Origin: Rickettsia sp.
Lineage (GTDB): Bacteria; Pseudomonadota; Alphaproteobacteria; Rickettsiales; Rickettsiaceae
Direction: 5' to 3'
Assembly: GCA_023269695.1 (NCBI GenBank)
Contig: JAHFPS010000001.1
Span: 44,366-108,365 of the forward strand
DNA: 64,000 nt
Each line of letters opens with the position of its first letter. Position 1 is the stretch's first letter. Shown piece by piece: positions 40,048-51,647 of the stretch. The notes below the pieces were generated by a model. The model did no database searches, had not been told where the DNA came from, and was given only the letters and a program-made list of their open reading frames with translations. Position numbers and translations under genes: made by a program.

Positions 40048-41352
40048 TTAATGTCTTGTCCTAAGTTGCTCTGCTTTGCTCAATGCTTCTTCTGCTTGCG
40101 AGTTTTTACCTAATTTTTTCAAGGCAACACCTTTGTTATAGTAAGCTCTAGCATCATCAGGCTTATATTTGATTGTCAAATCAAATAATGTAATTGCCTC
40201 CTGGTATTTGCCTAATTTACCTAAAGTCATACCTTTGTTATAGTAAGCTTTAGCAAAATCAGGCTTATATTTGATTGCCAAATCATAGGCTATAATTTCT
40301 TCTGGGTGTTTACCTAACTTATCTAAAGCTATACCTTTACTATAGTAAGCATTAGCGAAATCAGGCTTATATTTAATTGCCAAATCATAGGCTATAATTG
40401 CATCCTGCCATTTATCTAATTTATCCAAAGCAACACCTTTGTTATAGTAAGCTTCAGCAAGATCGGGCTTATATTTGATTGCTAAATCATAGAAGTTAAT
40501 TGCCTTATGCCATTTGCCTAATTTACACAAAGTTGTACCTTTGTTATGGTAAGCTATAGCAAAATCAGGCTTATATTTAATTGCTAAATCATAGCAGTCA
40601 ATTGCATCCTGCCATTTATCTAACTCATCCAAAGTAGTACCTTTATTATAATAAGCATCAGTATAATCAAACTTATATTTAATCGCCAAATCATAGGCTA
40701 TAATTGCCTCATGCAATTTGCCTAATTTGCCTAAATCAACACCTTTGTTATAGTAAGCTTTAGCATAGTCAAACTTATATTTAATTGCCAAATCATAAGA
40801 GTCAATTGCTTCTTGATATTTGTTTAATTTTTCTAAAGCAATAGCTTTGTTATAGTAAGCTTCAGCAAGATCAGGCTTATATTTAATTGCTAAATCATAG
40901 GAGTTAATTGCCTCATGCAATTTATCTAACTTATATAAATTGTTACCTTTGTTGGTGTAAGCTTTGGCATGATCAGGCTTATATTTAATTGCTAAATTAT
41001 TTAGTATAATTGCCTCTTGCCATTTGCCTAACTTACTTAAAACCTCACCTTTGTTATAGTAAGCATCGGCAAAATCAGGCTTATATTTGATTGCTAAATC
41101 ATAAGAGTCAATTGCATCCTGCCATTTATCTAACTTATCCAAAGCAGCACCTTTATTATTGTAAGCTTCAGCAAGATCAGGATTATATTTGATTGCCAAA
41201 TCATAGAAGTCAATTGCTTCTTGCCATTTGCCATACATTGCTAAAATATTCGCTTTCTCAAAATATTGTTGAGCATCGGCAATCACTTTGCTAAAGGGGA
41301 GTAATATTAAAGTAAGTAAAATTATTAGTTGTTTTATGTTAATTATTTTCAT
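40048..41352 (-). CDS. Signal-peptide TPR repeat protein (about 12 x 34 aa)
   Basis: Tandem AYYNKG..L.KLGK..EAI..YDLAIKYKPD units. Confidence 0.92.
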   Translation of the reverse strand: MKIINIKQLIILLTLILLPFSKVIADAQQYFEKANILAMYGKWQEAIDFYDLAIKYNPDLAEAYNNKGAALDKLDKWQDAIDSYDLAIKYKPDFADAYYNKGEVLSKLGKWQEAIILNNLAIKYKPDHAKAYTNKGNNLYKLDKLHEAINSYDLAIKYKPDLAEAYYNKAIALEKLNKYQEAIDSYDLAIKYKFDYAKAYYNKGVDLGKLGKLHEAIIAYDLAIKYKFDYTDAYYNKGTTLDELDKWQDAIDCYDLAIKYKPDFAIAYHNKGTTLCKLGKWHKAINFYDLAIKYKPDLAEAYYNKGVALDKLDKWQDAIIAYDLAIKYKPDFANAYYSKGIALDKLGKHPEEIIAYDLAIKYKPDFAKAYYNKGMTLGKLGKYQEAITLFDLTIKYKPDDARAYYNKGVALKKLGKNSQAEEALSKAEQLRTRH

Positions 41353-41380
41353 AAACTGCCTCTTTGTTAACTATAGATCA

Positions 41381-42361
41381 CTATATTCCCAGATGGTCAA
41401 AGGCATTTTTAGTAATGACTCTGCCTCTTGGGGTACGTTGTAATAACCCTATTTGTATTAGATAGGGCTCGATAGTTTCTTCAACAGCATCGCGTTGTTC
41501 TGATAAAGCTGCGGCAATGGTCTCTATACCAACCGGGCCCCCACCATAATTATCAGCTATAAACTTTAAGTATCTATAATCATTACTGTCTAAACCTATT
41601 TTGTCAACTTCTAATCGATTTAGTGAAATATTGGCAATATTTCTATCAATTTCTAGCTGATCCTCGACAGAAGCGAAATCTCTCACTCGTCTAATTAGTC
41701 TAAGGGCAATTCTTGGGGTTCCTCTACTACGCCCTGCTATTTCTTCTAACGCATCATCGGTTACATTAATTGCCAGCAATTTACTAGCTCTACTTAAAAC
41801 GAGCTTTAATTCAGCCACATTATAAAAATGTAAACGTAATGGTATACCGAATCTATCTCTCAAAGGGTTGCTCAATAGACCGAGTCTAGTAGTTGCTCCA
41901 ACTAAAGTAAAATTGGGTAGATTAATTTTTACTGACCTTGCTGCTGGTCCTTCCCCAATAACTATGTCCAGAGCAAAATCTTCCATTGCTTGGTACAATA
42001 CTTCTTCAATATTTGTGCTAAGACGGTGAATTTCATCAATAAATAACACATCATTATCTTGCAAATTAGTAAGTATGGCAGCTAGGTCAGCCGCTTTTGA
42101 TATAGCAGGTCCTGAGGTGGACTTAAAATTCACTCCCATCTCTTTAGAAATAATTTGGGCAAGAGTGGTTTTACCAAGTCCAGGGGGACCATAAAATAAG
42201 GTATGGTCTAAATGTTCAGACCTATTTTTAGCTGCCTGGATGAAAATAGATAAATTCTCTTTGATTTGTTGCTGTCCAACAAATTCTTTTAAATAGCTAG
42301 GGCGTAGAGAAAACTCTTGATCGCTTGGGAGTATATCAGCTGATAAAACGTTTTTAGACAT
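41381..42361 (-). CDS. ruvB: Holliday junction helicase RuvB
   Basis: [28 protein letters not shown]. Confidence 0.98.
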   Translation of the reverse strand: MSKNVLSADILPSDQEFSLRPSYLKEFVGQQQIKENLSIFIQAAKNRSEHLDHTLFYGPPGLGKTTLAQIISKEMGVNFKSTSGPAISKAADLAAILTNLQDNDVLFIDEIHRLSTNIEEVLYQAMEDFALDIVIGEGPAARSVKINLPNFTLVGATTRLGLLSNPLRDRFGIPLRLHFYNVAELKLVLSRASKLLAINVTDDALEEIAGRSRGTPRIALRLIRRVRDFASVEDQLEIDRNIANISLNRLEVDKIGLDSNDYRYLKFIADNYGGGPVGIETIAAALSEQRDAVEETIEPYLIQIGLLQRTPRGRVITKNAFDHLGI

Positions 42362-42956
42362 TGGAACTACGTGCCTTTAGTGCAAGTTTAATTAGCTCAT
42401 TAATAGAGAGATCAGGATTCTTTGCAATAATTTCCTGTACTAAATTATGTGCTTCAGCTCTATTAACACCAAGTGAGGTTAAAACTAATGTAGCATCAGA
42501 TGATATCTTAGCTAAGTTACTATCATTATTATCGATGATAAGGTTGTTAGCAAGGTTAGTTAAGGCTTTGTCTTTTAACTCTATGATAATTCGTTCAGCT
42601 AATTTTAGCCCAACACCGGAAACGGCTTTAAAAGCTTCTTTATCCCGCCTGGCTATCGCTGATTGGATTTGTTCAGGTGATAAATTTGATAAAATAGCTA
42701 AAGCCATCCTTGTTCCAATGCCGTTCACTGATTGTAATAAATTAAAAACAAACTTCTCTTCAAGAGATAAAAAGCCGTAAAGATTAATATGATCTTCTCT
42801 TACATGTGTTTCAATAAATAATTGACAAAACTCATTAACGACTAATTTATTTAGAGTTTTACTACTACAATACACTAAATATCCCACACCACTAACATCA
42901 ATAATGACATAATCATTAAAACAAGCATCTATTTTACCTTTTAGTTTGCCAATCAT
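42354..42956 (-). CDS. ruvA: Holliday junction DNA-binding protein RuvA
   Basis: [27 protein letters not shown]. Confidence 0.97.
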   Translation of the reverse strand: MIGKLKGKIDACFNDYVIIDVSGVGYLVYCSSKTLNKLVVNEFCQLFIETHVREDHINLYGFLSLEEKFVFNLLQSVNGIGTRMALAILSNLSPEQIQSAIARRDKEAFKAVSGVGLKLAERIIIELKDKALTNLANNLIIDNNDSNLAKISSDATLVLTSLGVNRAEAHNLVQEIIAKNPDLSINELIKLALKARSSNV

Positions 42957-43201
42957 AATTTTTTAGTATCAGATTTTGCTTTTGGCTTACGATTTCTCGT
43001 GCATATATATGTTATCACTGGTGCTGTAGTTATTATCAAAGCCAAAATATAATGCAATAACGTTGGAGTTTCAGAGCAGTGACATTGACCATCATCCTGG
43101 AATGTTGACATAAGTATAAATTTTGCGACAATCCAAGTGACCACCCCATATATAAGCAAGTATACGATACATTTAACTTTTTTACAGATATCTTTCATCA
43201 T
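42953..43201 (-). CDS. Small two-TM hypothetical protein coupled to ruvA
   Basis: SD AGAGGA upstream; ATGA overlap with the ruvA start; two hydrophobic segments. Confidence 0.6.
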   Translation of the reverse strand: MMKDICKKVKCIVYLLIYGVVTWIVAKFILMSTFQDDGQCHCSETPTLLHYILALIITTAPVITYICTRNRKPKAKSDTKKL

Positions 43202-43222
43202 AGTTTCCTCTTCTACTTAATA

Positions 43223-43447
43223 TATAGCTAATCCGACTACCATTATTCCTTCACAGAGCCTAGCCATATCTAATAATAATAGAATATTTGAATAAATGAT
43301 AGAGAAAGTAACTCTCTAATCCAGCAATTCTAATTGTTTAACAATACACTAAATATCCCCACCACTAATATCAATAATGACATAATTATTAAAATATTTA
43401 TCTATGCAATGACGCCAGGCTTGTTTTCTCTATGACTTTTAGCTATA
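43223..43447. repeat. A-TIR-bounded composite containing an E-end remnant, the ruvA fragment and a half core
   Basis: TATAGCTAATC at 43223; CCTTCACAGAGCC at 43248-43260; GCAATGACG at 43406; TTAGCTATA ending 43447. Confidence 0.7.
43341..43405 (-). pseudogene. Degenerate duplicate of a ruvA 5' fragment
   Basis: Aligns to 42867-42932 with a 1-nt deletion and a few substitutions. Confidence 0.85.
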
Positions 43448-43553
43448 AATGGTATTTTTTACCATTATTATTTCATTTTATCTATTTTAGTTCTTAGTGG
43501 TAGCCTATTTGTGTATTATAATATTCCTTAATATATAAAATATCTTACTAGTT

Positions 43554-44186
43554 ATGGTACAATTTGTTACCTTATCAGGTCTTTCAGAATATGAAGATAC
43601 GGTAAAATTAATGGAAAATAAGGTTACAAGTTTAATCAACAAATCATCGAAAGAGGTTGTTTATTTAGTTGAGTATAAGGATATCTATACTGCAGGTACT
43701 AGTTTTAAGGCAAATGAATTGCTAGATCCTGGAGATATACCAGTAATTTATACTAATAGGGGAGGAAAAATTACCTACCACGGTAGCGGACAAAGAGTGA
43801 TATACCCTATTCTCGATTTAGCATCAGAATGGGGACAGAAGGATTTAAAACTATATATTAAACTATTGGAAGAATGGATTATAAATAGCCTGTTATATTT
43901 TGGAATCAAAGCTTTTACTATAAGTGGTATGGTGGGGATATGGGTAAAAGAAAACGGTGTACCGGCAAAGATTGCCTCAATAGGCGTTAGAGTTAGAAAA
44001 TGGGTTACATATCATGGTATTGCTGTAAATATTTCAACAAATCTTGATATGTTTTCCGGAATTATTGCTTGTGGGTTAAGAGATATGCCTGTAACCTCGT
44101 TAAAGAAACTTGGTGTTGATATAACGTTAGAGCAATTTGATGAAGTTATTAAAGATAAATTCTTTGAGGTTTTAGATAGAAAATGA
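43554..44186 (+). CDS. lipB: Lipoate-protein ligase B (octanoyltransferase)
   Basis: [32 protein letters not shown]. Confidence 0.95.
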   Translation: MVQFVTLSGLSEYEDTVKLMENKVTSLINKSSKEVVYLVEYKDIYTAGTSFKANELLDPGDIPVIYTNRGGKITYHGSGQRVIYPILDLASEWGQKDLKLYIKLLEEWIINSLLYFGIKAFTISGMVGIWVKENGVPAKIASIGVRVRKWVTYHGIAVNISTNLDMFSGIIACGLRDMPVTSLKKLGVDITLEQFDEVIKDKFFEVLDRK

Positions 44187-44335
44187 AAATATTGAGTATG
44201 TACTCGAATGATTTGAAGAATTGGAACGTAAAACGAGGGGTGAGCGAACGGAGCGTAGTAAATCTACGTGAGTACGCGAATGCCCCGAAATTTTACGGAG
44301 CCAATTCTTCAAAGCAGAAGAGTATATTTCTATGA
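44183..44335 (+). CDS. Candidate 50-aa repeat-derived bridging ORF
   Basis: Manual translation [14 protein letters not shown]...KQKSIFL*; ATGA overlaps with the lipB stop and the next start. Confidence 0.35.
   Translation: MKILSMYSNDLKNWNVKRGVSERSVVNLREYANAPKFYGANSSKQKSIFL
44199..44326. mobile_element. About 128-bp TA-flanked RPE-like element
   Basis: TGTACTCGAATGATTTGAAGAATTGG...CCAATTCTTCAAAGCAGAAGAGTATA. Confidence 0.85.
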
Positions 44336-45660
44336 GTTCAATTTATCATATACTTGATAAGGTTCCTGCTATCTATCCTGAAGATATGCAGATAGAATAT
44401 GAGCAATTAGCTCAGCAATTAATTAAATCAGGTAAACTTAGAATAGATACGGATAATAGTTGTAATTTTGCAAGATTTTCTGATCCAAAATTTAATATTA
44501 GTTTGATGGTAAGTAAGGAAGAAATAACAGACCCAAATTTAATTGAACAAACTAACCAGTTATTTAGATCTTTATATAAATCTTCTATATCTGATAAAAA
44601 ATTGGCATCGATTTATGCAGATTTGAAAAAACAAATTCAAAAGTTACAGCCAGTTAGCCAATTAGTTACTGAAAGATTAACAAGAATTCTTGTTCAGTCA
44701 GCACATCCTATAGTTATTAGGTGGTTATTGCATGATAAGGTTCAAGTATTTATTACTTATTCCCATAATATTGGTGATATGATGGATATAGTTGATTGGC
44801 AACGCTCTGGTTCTAATAGTGGTATGCAAAGTACTGACGGTAAGAATGTTGCAGTCTTTGTGTCCTGTGGTGGTAATCCATTTGCTGAAAATGATAAAAA
44901 TCACCCAACTTATGGTGATGGATGGGCAGCAGTTGCTAGATTACAAATTATAGCTGGGCAAGAACTCGGACATTTTGCTGATATTAAAAGAGATGCGAGT
45001 GGTCGTCAAATAAGTCGTCATTCAGCAAATTTCTCTGGAACAAAAGCAACGCCTCATGTAAAACAGGCAAGGAAGGATGATATTATTAATTGCAATAAAT
45101 TATTAGCTAATCTTCTCTCTATGGGGATGAGGCAAATGATTAGTTATGAAGAAAAGGTAGAATTTTATAATAAAAATAAGGTACATGGCATAAGAGTTTA
45201 TTGGGCAAGATTACTTGGATTAATCTATAAACAGAAATTTTTATTTTCTGCTAATAGGAAGGGCTTACTCTTTATTAAGAGATTCACAAAAGAACAATAT
45301 ATGGGGCTGATGATTAGAGCGATGATCGAAGATATGAAGTTTAATTTAGCACCAGTCGCAGATGTTTATAAAAACAGTAACCCTGAAGTCGAAGAAACAA
45401 TTGCCTGTATAGAAGCTCTAGCCAGAGTGCCTCAACAGGTAATGAAATGGGGATATTTAACAACTATGGAAACAATGAAAGGATTATATAAAATATATTA
45501 CTATGAAGTTATACCATCTTTAATTTCTAATTATGTATCAATGACTAAACAAAGCTACAAACGCGATATGTCAAAACCGCAATCTCTAGCTAATTTTTTT
45601 CATAAAATAAACATATTTAGAGAAAAAAAGTTAGTATTTAAACAAGTCAGGGAGATATGA
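44332..45660 (+). CDS. Rickettsiaceae conserved protein (DUF2748-like)
   Basis: N-terminus [13 protein letters not shown] and the SAHPIVIRWLL motif, from recall. Confidence 0.75.
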   Translation: MSSIYHILDKVPAIYPEDMQIEYEQLAQQLIKSGKLRIDTDNSCNFARFSDPKFNISLMVSKEEITDPNLIEQTNQLFRSLYKSSISDKKLASIYADLKKQIQKLQPVSQLVTERLTRILVQSAHPIVIRWLLHDKVQVFITYSHNIGDMMDIVDWQRSGSNSGMQSTDGKNVAVFVSCGGNPFAENDKNHPTYGDGWAAVARLQIIAGQELGHFADIKRDASGRQISRHSANFSGTKATPHVKQARKDDIINCNKLLANLLSMGMRQMISYEEKVEFYNKNKVHGIRVYWARLLGLIYKQKFLFSANRKGLLFIKRFTKEQYMGLMIRAMIEDMKFNLAPVADVYKNSNPEVEETIACIEALARVPQQVMKWGYLTTMETMKGLYKIYYYEVIPSLISNYVSMTKQSYKRDMSKPQSLANFFHKINIFREKKLVFKQVREI

Positions 45661-45669
45661 TGTAAGTGT

Positions 45670-45971
45670 TATAGCTAAACCCGACTAATACCAATTAGTG
45701 TTAATAAATAGAGTTATAGAACTAACCCATCAATGTTCTAGATATCCCAGACGTCATTGCGAGGAGCTACTTTAGTGGTGACGAAGCAATTGTCAGTTGT
45801 CATTCCCGCGTAGGCGGGAATCTAGATCCCTGCTTTCGCAGGGATGACACAAAAATGGATTGCTTCGTCGGCTCACGCCTCCTCGCAATGACGGAGTAAT
45901 ACTAGTCGGGTTAGTCATCCATACATGACAAGTGGTCGCGGGAATGACAAAGGATTGCTGTGGAAATGACA
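45670..45971. repeat. Composite A arms, core and hairpin units between convergent genes
   Basis: TATAGCTAAAC at 45670; core at about 45752-45893; GGGAATGACA. Confidence 0.8.
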
Positions 45972-45980
45972 TTCTAAATA

Positions 45981-47144
45981 TCAGACCTTAACTGGCATAA
46001 TCACAAAAATATCTTTGGGATTCAGCACCGTTTTCAATAACATTGGCGATGATGCGTTTAAAAAATATAACTCAACTTGGTTTGCTTTAGTAGCATTCAA
46101 CACAGCATTGAGTGCGTCAGTAAGATATTTAGGATTAAAACCTATAGACAAAGTATCTTCATGATCAAAAACGTATAAGTTATTTTCATCTAGTGAATGT
46201 GGTATAGTCTCTTTGGCAGCACCCCTTGCTTCCCCTGAAGCCGTAATTTCAAGCAAATCTTTTGATAAAGTTAATTTTATTGCTTGAAATTTATCTATAG
46301 TTATTGTTGCTACTCTATCTATAACATCAGTTAGCAATTTAGTATTAATAGTAAGCTTATAGTTATTATTTACTGGGATAAAGCCTTGGTAATCCGGGAA
46401 AGTTCCATCAATCAGTTTTGATACCATCATAATATCATTGCAAACAAATTTAATCTTATTTACACTTAGAAAAATTTCTACCTCTAACTGAATATTTTTA
46501 GGATCTTTTAATATTTTGACAATTTCCTCGAGAGTTTTTTTAGATAAAATAACACCGAATTCGCTAACCTTATCGGTTATTTCTACTACTGACACTGATA
46601 ATCTATGTCCATCGGTGCTAGCCATACAACATTCTTCATCTTTTACGTAAAAATAAACACCATTAAGATTGTAGCGAGTTTCATCAAGGGACACCGAAAA
46701 CAAAGTGCCGTCGATCATCTTAACAAAATCACGACAAGGTATTTTAAAAGTAGCTTCAACATTAATATCATCTAATGTAGGAAATTGGTTAGCAGGTAGG
46801 GTTAGCAGATTAAAAGCACAATTCTTTCCTAAAATTTCAAGCTGATCGGTTTCATTTGACACACTGAGAGTTATATCATTATCAGTTATCTTTTTTACGA
46901 TGTCATTTAATGTTTTAGTAGATACTGTTATTTCACCCTCGCTTATTACTTGGGCTGCTATTTTCTGGCTTAAATATATTTCCATATTAGTAGTTATTAA
47001 CTCTAGTTTACCATCCTTCGATGATAATTTAATATGACTAAGTTCGGCAATTACATTACGTTTTTCTACCACTGAATTGGCAAAACTCAAAGCATGAGTT
47101 AGGGTTTTTGTTTCAACTATAATCTTTAATTTGTTATTATTCAT
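45981..47144 (-). CDS. dnaN: DNA polymerase III beta clamp
   Basis: [40 protein letters not shown]. Confidence 0.98.
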   Translation of the reverse strand: MNNNKLKIIVETKTLTHALSFANSVVEKRNVIAELSHIKLSSKDGKLELITTNMEIYLSQKIAAQVISEGEITVSTKTLNDIVKKITDNDITLSVSNETDQLEILGKNCAFNLLTLPANQFPTLDDINVEATFKIPCRDFVKMIDGTLFSVSLDETRYNLNGVYFYVKDEECCMASTDGHRLSVSVVEITDKVSEFGVILSKKTLEEIVKILKDPKNIQLEVEIFLSVNKIKFVCNDIMMVSKLIDGTFPDYQGFIPVNNNYKLTINTKLLTDVIDRVATITIDKFQAIKLTLSKDLLEITASGEARGAAKETIPHSLDENNLYVFDHEDTLSIGFNPKYLTDALNAVLNATKANQVELYFLNASSPMLLKTVLNPKDIFVIMPVKV

Positions 47145-47148
47145 ATAT

Positions 47149-47976
47149 TTAGTTTCCTCTTAACAGATCATTTATAGATACCTTACTCCTAGTTCCGGCA
47201 TCCACCTGCTTAACTATTACTGCACAATATAAACTTGGTTTTCCTGAATCAGCAGGCAAGCTGCCAGGTACTACAACTGAGTAGGCTGGAACTCTACCAT
47301 AAATTATCTTGCCGCTTTCTCTATCTACTATCTTCGTAGAAGCACCAATAAATACTCCCATACTAATTACGCTTCCTTCTTCTACTAAAACTCCTTCCGC
47401 TATTTCTGACCTTGCACCTATAAAACAATTATCTTCGATTATTACCGGATTGTTTTGGATGGGTTCTAATACACCACCAATACCTGTCCCGCCGGAAATA
47501 TGACAATTCTTGCCTATTTGGGCACATGAGCCTATAGTAGCCCAGGTATCAACCATTGTTCCCTCTCCTATATATGCACCTATATTAATAAAGGAAGGCA
47601 TAACAACAACGTTTTTAGCTAAATATACTCCCGTTCTGATAATTGCTCCAGGAACGATACGACAGCCATCTGCTTGGAATAATTCTGCACTATAATTTGT
47701 AGGAAATTTGGGAGCAATTTTATCGTACCATCTCATACAATTTCCAGAATAAATTTGCGAATCAGTTAGCATCATATGTAATAAAATAGCTTTTTTTACC
47801 CAATGATTAACTCGCCAATCAGCTCCTTCTTTCTCGCAAACCCTTATTAACCCTTGATTCAAACCATCAATAATATCCTTTAATATTTGTTTGGCATAAT
47901 TAGTTTTTTCTGAATCTTGGGTTAATTTATCGCGTATTTGCCAAAATTCTTCTATAGTATTAATATGTTTTTGCAT
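47149..47976 (-). CDS. dapD: Tetrahydrodipicolinate N-succinyltransferase
   Basis: [27 protein letters not shown]. Confidence 0.98.
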   Translation of the reverse strand: MQKHINTIEEFWQIRDKLTQDSEKTNYAKQILKDIIDGLNQGLIRVCEKEGADWRVNHWVKKAILLHMMLTDSQIYSGNCMRWYDKIAPKFPTNYSAELFQADGCRIVPGAIIRTGVYLAKNVVVMPSFINIGAYIGEGTMVDTWATIGSCAQIGKNCHISGGTGIGGVLEPIQNNPVIIEDNCFIGARSEIAEGVLVEEGSVISMGVFIGASTKIVDRESGKIIYGRVPAYSVVVPGSLPADSGKPSLYCAVIVKQVDAGTRSKVSINDLLRGN

Positions 47977-48076
47977 AACGTCCTTGCTAAAAGGTAAAAA
48001 AAAATCATAATTTACTTTATTTTTAAGTCAACCTAATATACTTAAATAGTTTGAGTATATAAATTAGAGCATGTAA

Positions 48077-48703
48077 ATGAGTATTACTTGTCCAAGTTGT
48101 AACACTAACTTTATAGTGTCGAAAGAACAAATAGGTATGACCGGTAGGAAGGTCAAATGTTCACAATGCCACCATATTTGGTATCAACAAGCAGAGCTTG
48201 ATAAGCAGTATACAACAAAAAATGCTAGCACTAATGAAAATAATAAAATATTTTTGACCAAAGGCACCAACTTACCGGCTTTATTACCACCAAAAGTTCC
48301 ACAACATTCATATATTGTACCTACATTATTGCTTAGCTTAATTATTCTTTTATTATTATTGTTATTTCACGAAAAATTTAACGTACCAGCTTTGTATGAA
48401 GAGAACGATAATATACTAACTATAGGAAACATACATGTTGAACAAAATAAAAAAATGGGACAAATTAAAGTTTCCTATCAGATAACCAATAATTCCGACT
48501 ATGATGTAACAATACCACTGATTAGAGTTAGATTGTTGGACAAAAAATATGTAACAGTAAAATCCTATATAATGCATCACAAAAATATCAAACTGTTCCC
48601 TAAGAAACATATTGACATCGTTACGCTTCTTGATGTAGTTCCGCATTCAAGTGAGTTATTAAATATCATGATTGGTAATAGTGTGGATCTCATATTACAT
48701 TAG
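48077..48703 (+). CDS. MJ0042-type zinc-ribbon membrane protein
   Basis: CPSC...GRKVKCSQCHHIW followed by a TM segment. Confidence 0.85.
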   Translation: MSITCPSCNTNFIVSKEQIGMTGRKVKCSQCHHIWYQQAELDKQYTTKNASTNENNKIFLTKGTNLPALLPPKVPQHSYIVPTLLLSLIILLLLLLFHEKFNVPALYEENDNILTIGNIHVEQNKKMGQIKVSYQITNNSDYDVTIPLIRVRLLDKKYVTVKSYIMHHKNIKLFPKKHIDIVTLLDVVPHSSELLNIMIGNSVDLILH

Positions 48704-48794
48704 ACTTCTTTTGAAAGAAAATTTATAATGACCTGAAAGTCAGTACAGTACCTAAGGTATACTCAAATAATTATACAAAATTAAGCTAGAAAAA

Positions 48795-49280
48795 ATGAAT
48801 AAGCAAATTATATACCCCAAATTAATTCCCAGACTTTTTGCTTCTTGTCTAGATTCTTTTTTGTTATCAATGTTTACAACTCCGATCACTACCTTTATAT
48901 TATCTAGACTGTCGTTATTGTTTTTTAAAGCTAATATAGCGGACATACTAATAATGGGTAGCAAAAAACCGGAATTACTCCAAAACGTAACTGCTAGTGG
49001 TGTTTTTACATTATTCATTTTAATGGTTATAATTAATTTTGCCTTAGTTGCAGCATATTTTATTGGTTTTTGGATTTACTGCGGAGCCACACCAGGAAAA
49101 CTTATTATGCATATGAAAATAGTAGATGCAATAACTCTTGGAAAACCTAGTAAGTACCAATTAATTAAAAGATTTTGTGGATATGTATTAGTGTTGGTTG
49201 GTATTTGGTTTATACTCTTTTCTAAACAACGTCAAGCTTTACATGATAAAATTGCTGGCACTGTGGTGATTAAGAGTTAA
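48795..49280 (+). CDS. RDD family membrane protein
   Basis: RLFASCLD, GATPGK, QALHDKIAGTVV. Confidence 0.9.
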   Translation: MNKQIIYPKLIPRLFASCLDSFLLSMFTTPITTFILSRLSLLFFKANIADILIMGSKKPELLQNVTASGVFTLFILMVIINFALVAAYFIGFWIYCGATPGKLIMHMKIVDAITLGKPSKYQLIKRFCGYVLVLVGIWFILFSKQRQALHDKIAGTVVIKS

Positions 49281-49295
49281 AATCAGAGCAGTTAA

Positions 49296-49366
49296 GGATT
49301 GTTTCGTCGGTCTTATGACCTCCTCGCAATGATATCAGTTATTTCTATGACTTTTAAACTGCCTTG
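49296..49366. repeat. Right half of a shell-B element
   Basis: GGATTGTTTCG...CCTCGCAATGA...GACTTTTAAACTGCCTTG. Confidence 0.75.
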
Positions 49367-49425
49367 GTGTTTTTGCTTGATTTTGAAAGTTGTTTTAACA
49401 ATTTTTTAAGTAGCGAAGGTATACT

Positions 49426-50025
49426 ATGAATAAACTAAATGAAATAGATCAGTTGATTTATCTTTTCTCCAAACTACCTGGTCTTGGTCAAAGATCAGCA
49501 AGGCGTATAGTCCTGCATCTTTTACAAGAAAAAGATATTAGGTTAAAAAGTCTAATTTCAGTTCTTTGTTGTGTAGATAGTAATGTTGTTAAGTGTGATA
49601 TTTGTGGTAACATAGATTCTCATAATATTTGTAGAGTATGTTCATCTGATGATCGTAATGGATCTATCATAGCGATTGTTGAAACAGTGACAGAATTATG
49701 GGCAATAGAACGTAGTGGTATTTTTAATGGGCATTACCATGTACTAGGACATAATTTATCAACTTCGAATGGTCACAATCCTAAAGCACTAAGACTACCA
49801 GAATTACTAGCTAGGTGTCAGGATAATAACATTAACGAAGTAATTATTGCAACTAATTCGACTTTAGAAGGTCAAACTACTGCTTATTTCATTACTGAAT
49901 ATTTCAAAGATTCTACCATCAAAATATCAAGATTAGCTAGTGGTATTCCGATAGGTGGAGAATTGGACTATTTAGATGAAGGGACTCTATCAGCTGCAAT
50001 AACTTTAAGACAACCTTTTGACTAG
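49426..50025 (+). CDS. recR: Recombination mediator RecR
   Basis: [12 protein letters not shown]4 zinc finger, [19 protein letters not shown]. Confidence 0.97.
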   Translation: MNKLNEIDQLIYLFSKLPGLGQRSARRIVLHLLQEKDIRLKSLISVLCCVDSNVVKCDICGNIDSHNICRVCSSDDRNGSIIAIVETVTELWAIERSGIFNGHYHVLGHNLSTSNGHNPKALRLPELLARCQDNNINEVIIATNSTLEGQTTAYFITEYFKDSTIKISRLASGIPIGGELDYLDEGTLSAAITLRQPFD

Positions 50026-50364
50026 TTTACTAAAAGTTATTTATTTTATCAAAAAACTTGATATTATATATAAAGTGCTGGCTGTATATAGTTTGATAAT
50101 TTTTATTAATACATTATCAACTGTTATTATCTAGAATTATTTACATATGTTGTTACATATTTGTTGAAACTGTTTAATCTTTTCTTAGTTATTTTATATT
50201 TTACCTTAACATATACTGATTTGATCTTAATAATTGAATTTCATTTTGAGAGGTAAACACGTGCCAGCCACTATAAGGTATGTAAGCATATCTATGATAA
50301 AACGAGAAACTAATTCTCGAAAGTAAAGCAATATACCTAAGTTTGGGATAAGAATTTGGTTATG

Positions 50365-50559
50365 TATAGCTAATCAGATTAGCATTACGCCAAATTCACA
50401 GACGTCATGGCGAGGAAGACCGTAGGTCGACGAAGCAATCCTGTTTTGTGTCATCCCTGCTTCAGTGCGGGAATGACAACTTACAATTGCTTCGTCAGCT
50501 CATGCCTCCTCGCAATGACGCCAGTTTACTATGGCTAAATGCTAATCTGGTTAGCTATA
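50365..50559. mobile_element. Shell-A MITE with arms nearly identical to the murD insert
   Basis: TATAGCTAATCAGATTAGCATTACGCCAAATTCACAGA...GGTTAGCTATA. Confidence 0.92.
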
Positions 50560-50792
50560 TATAGAAACAATCAGGTTTAAAGCAGTATAGCACCTGTATT
50601 AGTTAAATATATTTCTACTTCAATCATGATTTTAGCAATTAAATCATGTATTGAAGTAGAAAAAAGTTAAAATGCATACGAAGAAACGCTTTAAGTATGT
50701 ATTTTTTATTGTTAATAACAGAAGTATCGATATAAGCAATTATTCTTATATCGAACTGAGGTTAATATAATTATTTTAAATAAAATAAGCAT

Positions 50793-51647
50793 ATGCTCCA
50801 ATTTCTTTGGGCTATTTTAGTTATATCTCTGGTTCCTGTATTTTTTTATATTTGCAGGTACACTGGGTTTTTATGGTCCAGTATAAGAAATAATTCAAAA
50901 ACCAAAATCTTAGAATTAGAACAGAAAATATCAGAACAAGATAATATTTTGAATCATGTTACTCATGAAATCAGAACTTCAATACATGGCGGAAGTAGTA
51001 TAGCTCAATTTTTACATGAAAATTGGGGTAAAATGGATGAGCAAGAGCATATAAAGTATGTCGGTATAATAGCTAAAAATAATCAGCATATTATAAAATT
51101 AATTAATGGTCTATTAGACCTATCTAAGTTTAATACCGGGAGAATGAAGTTTAATTTTGTTGCTATGGATCTATTAGCTTCTATAAAAAATATTGTGCAA
51201 CAACTTACAGAATTAAATATATTTAATGATCGAATCAATATTATTCTTATTAATCATAACATTACAAAAGCAATGATTAGTGGAGATGAAATTAGGATTA
51301 ACCAATTATTAAATAATTTATTTAATAATGCACTCAAATATACTAAAGAAGGATTAATTATAGCAGTAATTAATTTAAAAAATTATGAAAATAATCCTTA
51401 TTGGTGCTTTAGCTTAATCGATACAGGTATCGGAATTCCAGATTCAGAACTTGAAACTATTTTTGAAACATTTACTCGTAGCTCACGAACTAATGATGAT
51501 ATTGGGGCTGGTCTTGGTTTATCTATTTGTCGAGAAATTATACTGGCCCATAAAGGATATATTTATGCTGAAAATAACCATAGAAAAGGAACAAGAGTAG
51601 AATTTATGATTCCTGTATACGACGAAAAAGAAACACAAAATGCCTAA
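50793..51647 (+). CDS. Short membrane-anchored histidine kinase
   Basis: THEIRT H-box, NLFNNALKYT, DTGIGI, GAGLGLSI. Confidence 0.92.
   Translation: MLQFLWAILVISLVPVFFYICRYTGFLWSSIRNNSKTKILELEQKISEQDNILNHVTHEIRTSIHGGSSIAQFLHENWGKMDEQEHIKYVGIIAKNNQHIIKLINGLLDLSKFNTGRMKFNFVAMDLLASIKNIVQQLTELNIFNDRINIILINHNITKAMISGDEIRINQLLNNLFNNALKYTKEGLIIAVINLKNYENNPYWCFSLIDTGIGIPDSELETIFETFTRSSRTNDDIGAGLGLSICREIILAHKGYIYAENNHRKGTRVEFMIPVYDEKETQNA

Noticed and set aside
40048-41352. Regularly spaced repeats as a possible CRISPR array
   Set aside because: They are 102-bp coding TPR units without unique spacers; no cas genes; the palindromic elements are dispersed, not arrayed.
50030-50340. Possible decayed gene on the minus strand after recR
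   Set aside because: Only short open stretches with many stops; cannot be assigned without a search.
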